Below the pieces are notes generated by a model, which saw only the letters and a program-made list of their open reading frames with translations, was not told the DNA's origin and made no database searches. A stretch of DNA of 64,000 nt from Candidatus Accumulibacter adjunctus. GTDB taxonomy: Bacteria; Pseudomonadota; Gammaproteobacteria; Burkholderiales; Rhodocyclaceae. The stretch lies in the NCBI GenBank assembly GCA_000585015.1, contig JFAX01000001.1:64110-128109 (forward strand). Reading direction: 5' to 3'. Made by a program: the position numbers and the translations under genes. Positions 1-10,253 of this stretch are shown here, piece by piece. The first letter of the stretch is position 1. Every line of letters begins with the position of its first letter.

Positions 1-680
1 CGTACCAGTGGCACCAGGCGGTCGCCACGTCCGATCTCCTCCTTCGACGTCAAGATCTCGAAGGTGGCCGGATTGCCGGGCTCGATCTGGCGTGCGGTGC
101 CCAGATAGTAAGCCTGGTAGCCGAGGATCTCGTTGCTTTCCGGATCGACCAGGGGCTTGCCCTGACGGTAGATCTGCCAGCCGCGCTGGCCGGGATCAGC
201 ATCGGCGACATAGGCGCGGTCACCGCGGCCAAGGAAGATGCGATCGGGCGGCAGGGCGACGATGCGTGCAGCGTTCGCGAGACCGTCCTTGTCGACGATC
301 AGCGGCTCGGACAGGAAAGGGCGAATCTCGTTCGGCGGAATCGGCGGTACGCCCGGGTCGATCGCCTCAGCGTGAATCTGGGGCAGTAGCTTGGCACTCT
401 GCAGGCGCAGCCATGGTCTGCCGTCGGCGTGGCGTTCGAGGACGATGATGTCTCCCGGGTAGATGAGGTGCGGATTGCGGATCTCGGATCGGTTCATGCG
501 CCAGATCAGCGGCCATTCCCACGGGTTCTTGAGGAACTTGCCGGCGATTCCCCAGAGCGTGTCTCCAGGGACGACGATGTGTCTTTCGGGAGCACCGCTG
601 GCCAGCTCGAGGCCTTGACCGGCAGCGCCGGACATTCCGGCAAGCGTGGCCAGGATGAAGGCGAACAGGAAGCGGATCAT
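1..680 (-). CDS. LysM peptidoglycan-binding domain protein, partial (C-terminus beyond window start)
   Basis: Not in the ORF track because there is no stop in the window. Hand translation of the minus strand from ATG at 680-678 gives MIRFLFAFILATLAGMSGAAGQGLELASGAPERHIVVPGDTLWGIAGKF... This is a signal peptide followed by a LysM-type PGDTLWGIA motif. The gene is divergent from def. Confidence 0.7.
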   Translation of the reverse strand, partial: MIRFLFAFILATLAGMSGAAGQGLELASGAPERHIVVPGDTLWGIAGKFLKNPWEWPLIWRMNRSEIRNPHLIYPGDIIVLERHADGRPWLRLQSAKLLPQIHAEAIDPGVPPIPPNEIRPFLSEPLIVDKDGLANAARIVALPPDRIFLGRGDRAYVADADPGQRGWQIYRQGKPLVDPESNEILGYQAYYLGTARQIEPGNPATFEILTSKEEIGRGDRLVPLV

Positions 681-861
681 CGTGTTATCCTCGTACGTGT
701 AGCCGCACTCTCGGGGGAACTCAGGGTCACTGCTCCTGTCGGAGCGTAGCGATTCGGCAGCCCGGCCGCCAAACTTCCGGTGCGTGCGATACACGGACGC
801 CGGCATTGTCGAGACACTGCCTTAAATTCTGCACGTAGTTACTTATTCGATCAAGTTTTTT

Positions 862-1365
862 ATGTCTTTGCTGCCGATACTTCGTTTCCCCGACCCACGT
901 CTGAAAAAGGTTGCCGCGCCGGTGGTGGCCATCGATGACGGCATACGCCGGCTGGCGCGAGACATGGCCGAGACGATGTACGAGGCGCCCGGGATCGGTC
1001 TCGCGGCGACGCAGGTGGACGTGCACCTGCGGTTGATCGTCGTCGATGCATCCGAAACCCGCGACCAGTTGCTCGTGCTCATCAATCCGGAAATCCTGGC
1101 GCAGGATGGATCGCAGAAGTGCGAGGAGGGCTGTCTGTCGGTACCGGGCATCTACGATCGGGTCGAGAGGGCCGAGCGTGTGGTGGTGCGCTATCGTGAC
1201 CTCGACGAGCGGGAACAGATCGTCGAGGCCAGCGGCTTGCTTGCCGTCTGCCTGCAGCATGAAATCGACCACCTGCAGGGCCGGGTATTCGTCGAGCACC
1301 TGTCACAACTGAAGCAGTTGCGCATCCGTAACAAGCTGGCCAAGCAGGCACGGATCACTGCATGA
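862..1365 (+). CDS. def: peptide deformylase
   Basis: 167 aa. Has the deformylase motifs [17 protein letters not shown] and HEIDHL. The stop overlaps the fmt start (ATGA at 1362-1365). Confidence 0.97.
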   Translation: MSLLPILRFPDPRLKKVAAPVVAIDDGIRRLARDMAETMYEAPGIGLAATQVDVHLRLIVVDASETRDQLLVLINPEILAQDGSQKCEEGCLSVPGIYDRVERAERVVVRYRDLDEREQIVEASGLLAVCLQHEIDHLQGRVFVEHLSQLKQLRIRNKLAKQARITA

Positions 1366-2288
1366 GGCTGGGCTTCGCCGGAACGCCCGAGTTCGCAGCC
1401 GTTGCGCTGCGCGCCTTGCTGGCAGCCGGCCACGACGTCGCGCTGGTGCTGACACAGCCCGATCGCGCGGCGGGCCGTGGTCTGGCCATGCGTCCGTCGC
1501 CGGTCAAGCAGCTGGCACAGGTCGCGGGACTCAATCTGCTGCAACCATCGACACTGCGTGACCCGGTCGTGCAGCAAGAGATTCGTTGCCGCGAATTGGA
1601 GGTCCTGGTCGTCGCCGCCTACGGGCTGATCCTGCCGCAGGCCATTCTCGACCTGCCGCTGCGGGGCTGCATCAACATCCACGCCTCGCTTCTGCCACGC
1701 TGGCGGGGCGCGGCACCGATCCAGCGCGCCATTCTGGCCGGAGATCGGGAAACCGGCATCAGCATCATGCAGATGGACGCCGGGCTGGACAGCGGCCCGC
1801 TGTTGGCGTTGGCGGTGGAGGACATTCGTGACGATGATAACGCCTCTTCGCTGCACGATCGGCTGGCCCAGCTGGGTGCCGGCCTCCTGCTCGAGGTGCT
1901 CGATCGACTGCCGTGTGCCGGCCGCGAGCAGCCGGCGGAAGGGATTACCTACGCGGCCAAGATCGACAAGGCCGAGGCTGTGCTCGACTGGCGCCTGCCT
2001 GCAGCGCAGCTCGCACGGCAGGTGCGAGCCTTCAATCCGCTGCCGGTGGCGCGTTGCGTGCTGGGCGGCAACGTGCTCAAGGTCTGGGCGGCAAGTCCGC
2101 AAGCCGCAGCTGGCTCTCCCGGCCTGATCCTGGCGGCTGGCCGGGACGGCCTGCTGATTGCCTGTGGGGAAGGAGCGCTGCGGATCGAAGAGCTGCAGCA
2201 GGCAGGTGGTCGGCGCATGTCGGCAGCAGAGTTCCTCAACGGCACGGTGGTGCAGGTTGGTTCCCGCTGCACCCAGGTGGCGTCGTGA
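1362..2288 (+). CDS. fmt: methionyl-tRNA formyltransferase
   Basis: 308 aa. Starts FAGTPEFA and carries the formyltransferase motif [18 protein letters not shown]. Classic def-fmt pair. Confidence 0.96.
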   Translation: MRLGFAGTPEFAAVALRALLAAGHDVALVLTQPDRAAGRGLAMRPSPVKQLAQVAGLNLLQPSTLRDPVVQQEIRCRELEVLVVAAYGLILPQAILDLPLRGCINIHASLLPRWRGAAPIQRAILAGDRETGISIMQMDAGLDSGPLLALAVEDIRDDDNASSLHDRLAQLGAGLLLEVLDRLPCAGREQPAEGITYAAKIDKAEAVLDWRLPAAQLARQVRAFNPLPVARCVLGGNVLKVWAASPQAAAGSPGLILAAGRDGLLIACGEGALRIEELQQAGGRRMSAAEFLNGTVVQVGSRCTQVAS

Positions 2289-2330
2289 TGTGGCCTGCTC
2301 GCGTCGGGAGCGGACGCCGCGGGTTGGTCT

Positions 2331-3326
2331 TCAGTCTCCGCTGGCGCATGTTTCACGTGAAACACGACGCATGTCCGGTTGCCTGGATGCCTTTCCCGCC
2401 GGTTCCTCGCGGCTTGCCAGCACGGCACGCAACAGATCGGCGAGTCGGTAGCCCGCCTCACTGACGCGACGATTGGCGATCTCCAACGCCTGCCGGTGAA
2501 AGTCGGCAGCGATCGTCGGTACCTCATCGGCACCTGGCGGGTATGCATGGTCACGCGCCAGCCGCCAGCTCTCGTCGATCCACCGCGCCGCCACCGGTTC
2601 ACCTTGCGGTGGCGCATGGCGGGTCGTCAGCCTGCTGACCGCGGCTGCCAGACGGCTGTCGCGCAGCCACGGCGGGCCTGGCAGATCGTCCCAGTAGCGG
2701 TGCAGTGTCGTCTCGGGGTGGCGCGTGTTGAACGGATTGACGATGCGGACCGTGTTGCCGCCCTGATCGCTCCTGCCGTCAGGCAAGTAGCGACTGCCAG
2801 CGTGCAACGGCTGATGCGCGTCTCCGACCAGGTGAATGAGCCAAGGCAAAGCGTAGCTACGTTCTGCCGGCCGCGCGTGTGGGTTGCCGACCACGCGCGC
2901 CAGCCTCTCGATCTGCCGCTCGATGTCACCCGCTGGCGCCTTGCGGATTGTTGCGCCGTCGAGAGGCCGGTCGACGTAATGCCAGTCGAGCCGTCGCTCC
3001 ATGTCCGGGAAGCCGGCCAAGGTTGGCGTCGGCTCCTCGTCGCCGGCGGTATAGAAGCGCTGGTCGCGGCGGATGTCGTCGGGCCAGGTAGAAGCTTCGA
3101 CAAACGCGCTTCGGCCTGGGTCGCCGTCCTTGCTGCGCGCCAGCCAGCGGCCGAAATCGGGATGCCCGCGAAGGATCGTCGTCACCGCGGCCTGACAGGC
3201 GTGGTCGAGGTTCTCCCAGGCAATCATGGCGCTGATGCGATGGCCGGCGGCGTTCCACGCCGCTGCTGTCGGCGCGAGGCCGAGCAGCAGGAGCAGCAGG
3301 ATGGCTTTGCCTGACGTCCGCAACAT
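2331..3326 (-). CDS. S1/P1-type nuclease family protein, secreted
   Basis: The ORF 2331..3503 was trimmed to the ATG at 3326 (MLRTSGKAILLLLLLGLAPTAAAW), which gives a signal peptide ending just before the Trp that is N-terminal in mature S1/P1 nucleases. Motifs WNAAGH, WPDDIR, WHYVD and HLVGDAHQPLH are present. The trimmed start removes the overlap with rsmB. Confidence 0.8.
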   Translation of the reverse strand: MLRTSGKAILLLLLLGLAPTAAAWNAAGHRISAMIAWENLDHACQAAVTTILRGHPDFGRWLARSKDGDPGRSAFVEASTWPDDIRRDQRFYTAGDEEPTPTLAGFPDMERRLDWHYVDRPLDGATIRKAPAGDIERQIERLARVVGNPHARPAERSYALPWLIHLVGDAHQPLHAGSRYLPDGRSDQGGNTVRIVNPFNTRHPETTLHRYWDDLPGPPWLRDSRLAAAVSRLTTRHAPPQGEPVAARWIDESWRLARDHAYPPGADEVPTIAADFHRQALEIANRRVSEAGYRLADLLRAVLASREEPAGKASRQPDMRRVSRETCASGD

Positions 3327-3397
3327 GCGGGCATTATCGGCTCTCCGTGGCCGGCTCGCCAGTTGCCGGCATCGTGCTAAACTCGCCGCACTCTTGA

Positions 3398-4753
3398 ATG
3401 CCGATGAAAACCCAGCGCTTGCCATCACCATCAGCCGCCCCGTCGTCGCGCGCCCAGCGAGTTCGCGGTGGGGCATCGGCCAGCCAGCCCAGTGGGCTGC
3501 CACGCGATTCGCTGGCCTTCAGCCTGCTGCTGGCGGCACGTGTCCTGGCTGCGGTGCGCGCTGGACGGAGTTTGACGCAAGCTCTGGCGCCGCTTGCCAG
3601 CGAGCCTCCTTCTGCTCGCGCCGAGGCGCAGGATGCCGCTTACGCGACGCTGCGGCGCTACGGCTGCGGCGAGTTCCTCCTGCGCCGCTTGCTCGCCAGG
3701 CCGTTGCCACATCCGGAGGCCGAGGCACTTCTGCTGGCCGCTCTGTATCGTCTCCAGTCGCGACCGGAGACCGCCTACGTGGTGGTGGACCAGGCGGTGA
3801 CGGCGGCTGCCGAGCTGGCGGAAGGCGCCTTCAAGGGACTGGTCAACGCCGTCTTGCGCAACTATCTGCGGCAGCGTGAGGACCTCGAACGGGCGATGCT
3901 CGACGACGAGGAGGCGAGACATCAGCATCCGGCGTGGTGGTTGAAGCGGCTTCGCCGCGAATACCCCGCCTGCTGGCAGCGGATCGTCGCCTTCGCCAAC
4001 CGGCCGCCGCCGATGACACTGCGCGTCAATCGGCGGCGCTCTTGCGTCGCGGAGTACGCGGCGAGGCTGCATGCCGCCGGCCTCACCGCGCGGCCCATCG
4101 GCCCGGCCGGCTTGTTGCTTGCCGACGCGGTTGCGGTGGAGGCGCTCCCCGGCTTTGCCGACGGCCTGGTGTCGATCCAGGATGCGGGGGCGCAGCGTGC
4201 CGCCGAGTTGCTGGCACCACAGGCCGGTCAGCGCGTTCTCGACGCATGCGCGGCGCCGGGAGGCAAGACCTGCCATCTTCTCGAACTGGCCGACATCGAA
4301 TTGCTGGCGCTGGACGTCCAGGAAAGCAGGGTGCGCAGGATCAGAGACAACCTGCATCGCCTGCGCCTACCCGCGACGGTGGTGCTGGCGGATTGCCGGC
4401 GGAGTCCGGATTGGTGGGACGGACGCGCCTTCGACCTCATACTGGCCGATGTGCCCTGCTCGTCTTCCGGTGTCGTGCGACGGCATCCGGACATCAAGTA
4501 CCTGCGCCGCCAGAGCGACATCAGGCATTTCGTTCACCTGCAGCGGGAAATCCTCGATGGCCTGTGGCCATTGCTCAAGGCGGGCGGAAAGATGCTCTAT
4601 GCGACCTGCTCGCTGTTTGAGGAGGAGAATGCGGCGCAGATCGACGCCTTTCTCTTTCGCCAGGCCGCTGCCAGGCGCCTGACCGAGGAACGCTTGCTGC
4701 CCCGGGAAGAACATGACGGATTCTATTATGCGCTACTGGAGAAGGCTGCTTAA
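3398..4753 (+). CDS. rsmB: 16S rRNA (cytosine967-C5)-methyltransferase
   Basis: 451 aa. NusB-like N-terminal half, then FADGLVSIQDAGAQ, the SAM motif DACAAPGGKT, and catalytic Cys motifs DVPCSSSGVVRRHPD and YATCS. Lies downstream of def-fmt. Confidence 0.93.
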   Translation: MPMKTQRLPSPSAAPSSRAQRVRGGASASQPSGLPRDSLAFSLLLAARVLAAVRAGRSLTQALAPLASEPPSARAEAQDAAYATLRRYGCGEFLLRRLLARPLPHPEAEALLLAALYRLQSRPETAYVVVDQAVTAAAELAEGAFKGLVNAVLRNYLRQREDLERAMLDDEEARHQHPAWWLKRLRREYPACWQRIVAFANRPPPMTLRVNRRRSCVAEYAARLHAAGLTARPIGPAGLLLADAVAVEALPGFADGLVSIQDAGAQRAAELLAPQAGQRVLDACAAPGGKTCHLLELADIELLALDVQESRVRRIRDNLHRLRLPATVVLADCRRSPDWWDGRAFDLILADVPCSSSGVVRRHPDIKYLRRQSDIRHFVHLQREILDGLWPLLKAGGKMLYATCSLFEEENAAQIDAFLFRQAAARRLTEERLLPREEHDGFYYALLEKAA

Positions 4754-5354
4754 CGTCTGGCTTTGCGGCCTGCTGCTGCTGTCCGGGTCTTCCACCATCC
4801 TGGCTTCCGACATCAGTGTCCGCAACCCCGTTCTTTCGCCCAGCGACGAGGGCTACCTGCTGTCGGCTGACTTCAACATCAATCTGAATGCCCGCCTCGA
4901 CGACGCCATAGCACGCGGGGTCACACTGTACTTCGTCGTCGACTTCGAACTGACACGGGCGCGTTGGTACTGGCTCGACGAGCAGGTGATCAGTCGCAGC
5001 CAGACGTTCCAGCTTTCCTACCACGCACTCACTCGCCAGTACCGCCTGTCGAGCGGCGCCCTGCATCAGAGCTTCACTTCGCTCGATGACGCACAGCGGA
5101 TCCTGTCACGCCTGCGCAACTGGCTGGTTCTCGAGCGCGGTGCCTTCAGGCCTGGGGAGAGCTACCAGGCCGCCGTCCGCATGCGCCTCGACCTGAGCCA
5201 GATGCCAAAGACCTTTCAGGTCAACGCCCTTGCCAACCGCGACTGGAATCTGTCGTCGGAGTGGGCGCGCTGGATTTTCACCCCGTCGGAAATCGTCGTA
5301 CCGGTGGTGCCCTCGGCGGTGCCCGTACCCGCCGCCGCTTCCGACAGCAGATGA
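4713..5354 (+). CDS. DUF4390 domain-containing protein (signal peptide)
   Basis: 213 aa with a hydrophobic N-terminus (WLCGLLLLSGSS). Sits between rsmB and the sensor kinase, as DUF4390 genes typically do. An alternative ATG at 4731 is possible. The stop overlaps the kinase start (ATGA at 5351-5354). Confidence 0.65.
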   Translation: MTDSIMRYWRRLLNVWLCGLLLLSGSSTILASDISVRNPVLSPSDEGYLLSADFNINLNARLDDAIARGVTLYFVVDFELTRARWYWLDEQVISRSQTFQLSYHALTRQYRLSSGALHQSFTSLDDAQRILSRLRNWLVLERGAFRPGESYQAAVRMRLDLSQMPKTFQVNALANRDWNLSSEWARWIFTPSEIVVPVVPSAVPVPAAASDSR

Positions 5355-7504
5355 AGAGCCTGATCGTCGCCGCCGCCTCCTTTGGCGGCATCCTCCTGTT
5401 TCTCCTCGCTTCGGCGAGCGCCAATACGGCGCTGTTCGCCAGCCACTATCCGTGGTTGCTCGGCCTCAATGCCATCGTCGCGCTTTCCCTCCTGGCACTG
5501 ATCGCCTGGCAGTTGCACGCCCTCTGGCGGGAGCACCGGGCACAGGTCTTCGGTTCGCGTCTCAAGTTGCGCCTGATGCTCATGTTCGGACTGATGGCGG
5601 TGTTGCCCGGCGTCCTGATCTATGCCGTTTCGGTCCAGTTCGTCACCAAGAGCATCGAGACCTGGTTCGATGTCCGCGTCGAGAAGGCGCTCGAGGCCGG
5701 TCTCAACCTCGGACGCAGCGCGCTGGATTCGCTGCTCGAGGATCTGGCGGTAAAGGCACAGATCATGGCGCTCGAGCTGGCCGATCGTTCGGAAGCGCAA
5801 CGGCGGCTCGATCTGAATCGGCTGCGTGAGCAGCACGGGGTGCAGTCGGCGGCGCTGTTCTCGACCAGCGGCGAACTGCTGGCGACGGCGACGGGCGATC
5901 TGGCGACGCTGCTGCCGTCGCAACCGGCCGACGAGCAACTCCGCCTGGCGCGCAAGGAGCGCCGCTTTGCCGTCATCGAGGGCAGCGGCGAGAAGGATCT
6001 GACGCTGCGTGTGCTGGTCGCCGTCATGCCGGCTGGCCTCGGGGTCGAGACCCGCTTGCTGCAGCTCATCGACCCGGTACCAAGTGCCCTGGCGCTCAAC
6101 GCCGACCGGGTGCAGACGGTTTACGCCGACTACCAGGAGCTTTCGCTGGGTCGCGAGGGTCTGACCCGCATCTACGCCATGACCCTGACGCTGACGGTGC
6201 TGCTGGCACTGTTCACGGCCATCGCCCTGGCCTTCGTACTGGCCCGTCGCCTGTCGGCGCCGCTGTCCATTCTCGCCGAGGGAACGCAGGCCGTGGCCGC
6301 CGGCGACTACACGCCACGACAGGCCGTATACAGTCGCGACGAGCTCGGCGTCCTGACCCGCTCTTTCAAACAGATGACCAGCCAGCTCGACGAGGCGCGG
6401 CGCGACAACGAGCGCCACCGCAGCGAACTGGAAGCGGCGCGCGCCTACCTCGAATCGATCCTCGCCAACCTCTCGGCCGGTGTCTTGGTCTTCGACCGGC
6501 GCCTGGTCCTGCGAACCGTCAACCAGGGTGCGTCGACCATCCTGTCTGACGATTTCGACGGCCTGCTGGGCCAACCGACCGATCTCTGGGTGCGCCAGCA
6601 GTTGCTCGGGAAGGCGATCGACCGCGCCTTCGTCCAGCACGAGCGTCGCGAATGGCAGGAAGAGATCGAACTCGATCACGTCGGTGGCCTGCCGCAGATT
6701 CTGCTCCTGCGTGGCACCGAACTGCCCGCCGAGTCACACGGCGGCTACGTGGTCGTGTTCGACGACGTTACGCGACTGATCGCCGCGCAGCGCAGCGCAG
6801 CCTGGGGCGAGGTGGCGCGCCGACTGGCGCACGAGATCAAGAATCCGCTGACGCCGATCCAGCTCTCCGCTGAGCGCTTGCAGATGAAGCTTGCCGATCG
6901 CCTGAGCGGCACTGACGCCGAGATGCTCGACCGGGCGACGCGAACGATCATCACCCAGGTGCAGGCGATGAAGCGCATGGTCAACGATTTCAGCGACTAC
7001 GCGCGTTTGCCGGCACCCGACTTGGCGGCGGTCGACCTGAATGCGCTGATCGCCGAGGTACTCGGCCTTTACGAGACCTCCGGCGTGCACATCAAGCGCA
7101 AGCTCAACCTCAGGTTGCCGCTGGTTCTCGGCGACGCCACCCAGTTGCGACAGATCATCCACAATCTCCTGCGCAACGCCGAAGAGGCGCAGGAGGGGGC
7201 CGCTGCGCCATGTGTCGTCATCGTCACCCGCTGCGCAGAGAACATGGCCGAGCTGGTCGTGAAGGACCATGGGCCCGGGTTTCCGCCCGAGATCATCGCC
7301 CGGGTCTTCGAGCCCTACGTCACGACCAAGGCGCGTGGCACCGGACTCGGCTTGGCGATCGTCAAGAAGATCGTCGATGAGCATCATGGGCGCATCAGCA
7401 TCAACAACCGTCAGCCGGTCGGCGCAGAGGTCAGCATCAGCCTGCCACTTGCGCCGCAAGCGGACTCCGACAGCCATTTCAAGAAGACTCTTTCCGGGAC
7501 CTGA
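5351..7504 (+). CDS. NtrY-like sensor histidine kinase (TM-HAMP-PAS-HisKA-HATPase)
   Basis: ORF trimmed to the ATG at 5351 (MKSLIVAAASFGGILLF, a TM helix). H-box HEIKNPLTPIQLSAE, N box HNLLRNA, G boxes DHGPGF and GTGLGLAIVKKIV. Confidence 0.85.
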   Translation: MKSLIVAAASFGGILLFLLASASANTALFASHYPWLLGLNAIVALSLLALIAWQLHALWREHRAQVFGSRLKLRLMLMFGLMAVLPGVLIYAVSVQFVTKSIETWFDVRVEKALEAGLNLGRSALDSLLEDLAVKAQIMALELADRSEAQRRLDLNRLREQHGVQSAALFSTSGELLATATGDLATLLPSQPADEQLRLARKERRFAVIEGSGEKDLTLRVLVAVMPAGLGVETRLLQLIDPVPSALALNADRVQTVYADYQELSLGREGLTRIYAMTLTLTVLLALFTAIALAFVLARRLSAPLSILAEGTQAVAAGDYTPRQAVYSRDELGVLTRSFKQMTSQLDEARRDNERHRSELEAARAYLESILANLSAGVLVFDRRLVLRTVNQGASTILSDDFDGLLGQPTDLWVRQQLLGKAIDRAFVQHERREWQEEIELDHVGGLPQILLLRGTELPAESHGGYVVVFDDVTRLIAAQRSAAWGEVARRLAHEIKNPLTPIQLSAERLQMKLADRLSGTDAEMLDRATRTIITQVQAMKRMVNDFSDYARLPAPDLAAVDLNALIAEVLGLYETSGVHIKRKLNLRLPLVLGDATQLRQIIHNLLRNAEEAQEGAAAPCVVIVTRCAENMAELVVKDHGPGFPPEIIARVFEPYVTTKARGTGLGLAIVKKIVDEHHGRISINNRQPVGAEVSISLPLAPQADSDSHFKKTLSGT

Positions 7505-7506
7505 GC

Positions 7507-8769
7507 ATGGCGCAAGTACTGATCGTCGATGACGAAATGGGCATTCGAGAACTCCTGTCGGAGATCCTGGCCGACGAAGGCCACTCGGTATGGCTGGCGG
7601 AGAATGCCGCGGCAGCGCGCAGGCTGCGTGCCGAAAGAAGACCGGATCTCGTCCTGCTCGACATCTGGATGCCGGACACCGATGGCATCTCGCTGCTCAA
7701 GGAGTGGTCGGCGGGCGGACTGTTGACGATGCCGGTGGTGATGATGTCGGGGCACGGCACGATCGATTCGGCGGTCGAGGCGACGCGCATCGGCGCAGCC
7801 GATTTCCTCGAGAAGCCGATCGCGCTGCAGAAGCTGCTGCTCACCGTCAAGAAGGCGCTCAAACATGAGACTTTGCAGGTCAAGAAGCCGCTGACTCTCG
7901 ATGCCTTTGCCCACTCCCCGCTGTTGAAGGATCTCAAGCGCCGTCTGGAGCAGGCAGCGGCGAAGACGTCCGTACTGCTGTTGAAGAGCACCTCGGGTGC
8001 GATTGCCGAGATCTGCGCCCGCACACTGCAGACGCCGCTGACCCCCTGGCTCGACCTGTCGACCGCGAGTTCGGCACTGACGCAGGAGATGCTGCAGAAA
8101 GCCAGCGGCGGCGTCGTCTTCATCGCCGATCTGGCGCATCTCGGCAAGCTGCAGCAGATGAGCCTGGCCTTCGCCCTGGAGCGGCTCGAGCGTCTCAACC
8201 TGCAACTGGTGGCGGCTTCCAGCCGGCCGCTGGCAACCCTCGTCGAGTCAGGCTGGGATGCGGCGCTGGTGAGCCGGCTGGGCGAAGTGTGGGTGGCTCT
8301 ACCGCAGATCTCGGGTCACGCCGATGATGTGCCGGAGATCGCCTCGCTGCTGCTGGCGCATCTGGCGGAGCGTGGCGAAGTGCCCTTGCGGCGTTTTTCC
8401 AGCGGCGCGCAGAACGCCCTCCGCATGCACCGCTGGCACGGCGAGTGGGCGGAACTGCTTGGCACGGTGCGCAACCTCGCCCTCTCCGCGCTCGAGGAGG
8501 AGATCAGCAGCGAAGACGTGACCCGTATCCTGCAGACCGAGGTGGTCGAGAACGGCGTGACGCAGGCCTTGCCGGCGGCCTTTTTCGACCAGCCGTTGCG
8601 CGAGGCGCGGGAGGCCTTCGAGAAGATGTACTTCGAGTACCATTTGACTGGCGAACGCGGTAGCATGACGCGTTTGGCGGAGAAGACCGGTCTCGAACGG
8701 ACGCACCTCTATCGCAAGTTGAAGCAGCTTGGCCTGAACATCGGCCGGCGTGGCGACGAACGCGACTGA
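7507..8769 (+). CDS. NtrX-like response regulator (REC, degenerate AAA+ region, Fis-type HTH)
   Basis: 420 aa. REC motifs LIVDDE and DLVLLDIWMPDTDG. C-terminal HTH MTRLAEKTGLERTHLYRKLKQLGL. The central region aligns to a sigma54-activator AAA+ domain but lacks the Walker A lysine and GAFTGA (see findings). Confidence 0.8.
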   Translation: MAQVLIVDDEMGIRELLSEILADEGHSVWLAENAAAARRLRAERRPDLVLLDIWMPDTDGISLLKEWSAGGLLTMPVVMMSGHGTIDSAVEATRIGAADFLEKPIALQKLLLTVKKALKHETLQVKKPLTLDAFAHSPLLKDLKRRLEQAAAKTSVLLLKSTSGAIAEICARTLQTPLTPWLDLSTASSALTQEMLQKASGGVVFIADLAHLGKLQQMSLAFALERLERLNLQLVAASSRPLATLVESGWDAALVSRLGEVWVALPQISGHADDVPEIASLLLAHLAERGEVPLRRFSSGAQNALRMHRWHGEWAELLGTVRNLALSALEEEISSEDVTRILQTEVVENGVTQALPAAFFDQPLREAREAFEKMYFEYHLTGERGSMTRLAEKTGLERTHLYRKLKQLGLNIGRRGDERD

Positions 8770-8813
8770 GGCGGGACCACCGGTTTCCTGCATGTCGGGG
8801 CAGAGGAGGGGCA

Positions 8814-10244
8814 GTGCGCATCGTGATCCTGGGTGCTGGGCAGGTAGGGGCCAGCGTTGCCGAGAGTTTGGCTTCCGAGAACAACGACATCACCATGGTC
8901 GACAGCGACCAGGACCGCCTCGCCTACCTGCAGGACCGCCTCGACATCCAGACGGTACATGGCAACGCGGCGCATCCTTCCGTTCTGGCGAGCGCCGGTG
9001 TGGACGACGCCGACCTGCTGATCGCCGTCACCCAGAGCGACCAGACCAATCTCGTCGCCTGCAAGGTGGCGCACAGTGTCTTCAACGTACCCTCGCGAAT
9101 CGCCCGCCTGCGAGCCGCTGACTTCGTCGACAGCGAAAAGCTGCTGGCGCCCGAGAACTTCGCCGTCGATTACGCACTGGTACCGGAGAAGGTGATCACC
9201 GAATACATCGCGCGCCTGGTGGACTTTCCGGAAGCGCTGCAGGTGCTCAGTTTTGCCGGTGGTTCGGTGGTCCTGGTGGGCGTCCGGGCCTACGCGGGTG
9301 GCCTCCTTGTCGGCAGCCCGATCAAGGAGATGCGTGGCCACCTGCCGCCCGAGATCGATGGTCGCATCGCTGCCATCTACCGCCGCGACGGCGCCATCAC
9401 GCCGACCGGCGAAACGGTGGTCGAGGACGGCGATGAGGTCTTCCTGCTGGCCGCCGAGGAGCACATCCGGGCCGTGATGCGCGAGCTGCGCCGCTCGGTC
9501 GAACCGGTGCAACGGGTGATGATCGCCGGCGGTGGCAACATCGGGCTGCGCGTCGCGGAGGCGCTGCAGGCGCGTTGCCAGGTCAAGGTGATCGAGGTGG
9601 ATCGACGGCGTGCCGAACACGTCGCCGGTGCGCTGAAATCGGCCCTGGTGCTCAGCGGCGATGCCACCGACGAGGAGTTGCTGCAGCAGGAGGCGATCGA
9701 CGCGATGGACCTCTTCCTTGCACTGACCAACGACGACGAAGACAACATCATGGCCGCCTCACTGGCCAAGCGGATGGGCTGCGCCCGCGTCCTGGCGCTG
9801 ATCAATCGCCGGGCCTACGCCGAACTGGTCCAGGGCGGCCCGATCGACATTGCCATCTCGCCGGCGCAGGTGTCGATCGGTTCGTTGCTGACCTATGTCC
9901 GGCATGGCGACGTGGCGCAGGTGCACAGCTTGCGACGGGGCGCCGCCGAGGCGCTCGAGGTGGTCGCACACGGCGATCGCAAGACGTCGAAGGTCGTCGG
10001 CCGGCGAGTTGACGAGTTGCCGCAGATTCATGGGGCCTTCATCGCGGCCATCGTCCGCGATCTCGACCGCCACCGCGACGTCGGCTACCTCGGGCTGGCG
10101 AAGAAGAAGCAGAAGGGCCGCGTGCTGATCGCGCACAAGGACGTGGTCGTCGAGACGGATGACCACGTGATCGTCTTCTGCCTGGACAAGAAGGTGGTCA
10201 AGCAGGTCGAGAAGCTCTTCTCCGTCGGCTTCCACTTCTTCTGA
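8814..10244 (+). CDS. trkA: Trk system potassium uptake protein TrkA
   Basis: 476 aa with a GTG start after GGAGG. Two Rossmann motifs (ILGAGQVG and IAGGGNIG) give the two RCK/NAD-binding halves. Followed by trkH. Confidence 0.92.
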   Translation: MRIVILGAGQVGASVAESLASENNDITMVDSDQDRLAYLQDRLDIQTVHGNAAHPSVLASAGVDDADLLIAVTQSDQTNLVACKVAHSVFNVPSRIARLRAADFVDSEKLLAPENFAVDYALVPEKVITEYIARLVDFPEALQVLSFAGGSVVLVGVRAYAGGLLVGSPIKEMRGHLPPEIDGRIAAIYRRDGAITPTGETVVEDGDEVFLLAAEEHIRAVMRELRRSVEPVQRVMIAGGGNIGLRVAEALQARCQVKVIEVDRRRAEHVAGALKSALVLSGDATDEELLQQEAIDAMDLFLALTNDDEDNIMAASLAKRMGCARVLALINRRAYAELVQGGPIDIAISPAQVSIGSLLTYVRHGDVAQVHSLRRGAAEALEVVAHGDRKTSKVVGRRVDELPQIHGAFIAAIVRDLDRHRDVGYLGLAKKKQKGRVLIAHKDVVVETDDHVIVFCLDKKVVKQVEKLFSVGFHFF

Positions 10245-10253
10245 GAACGCGCC

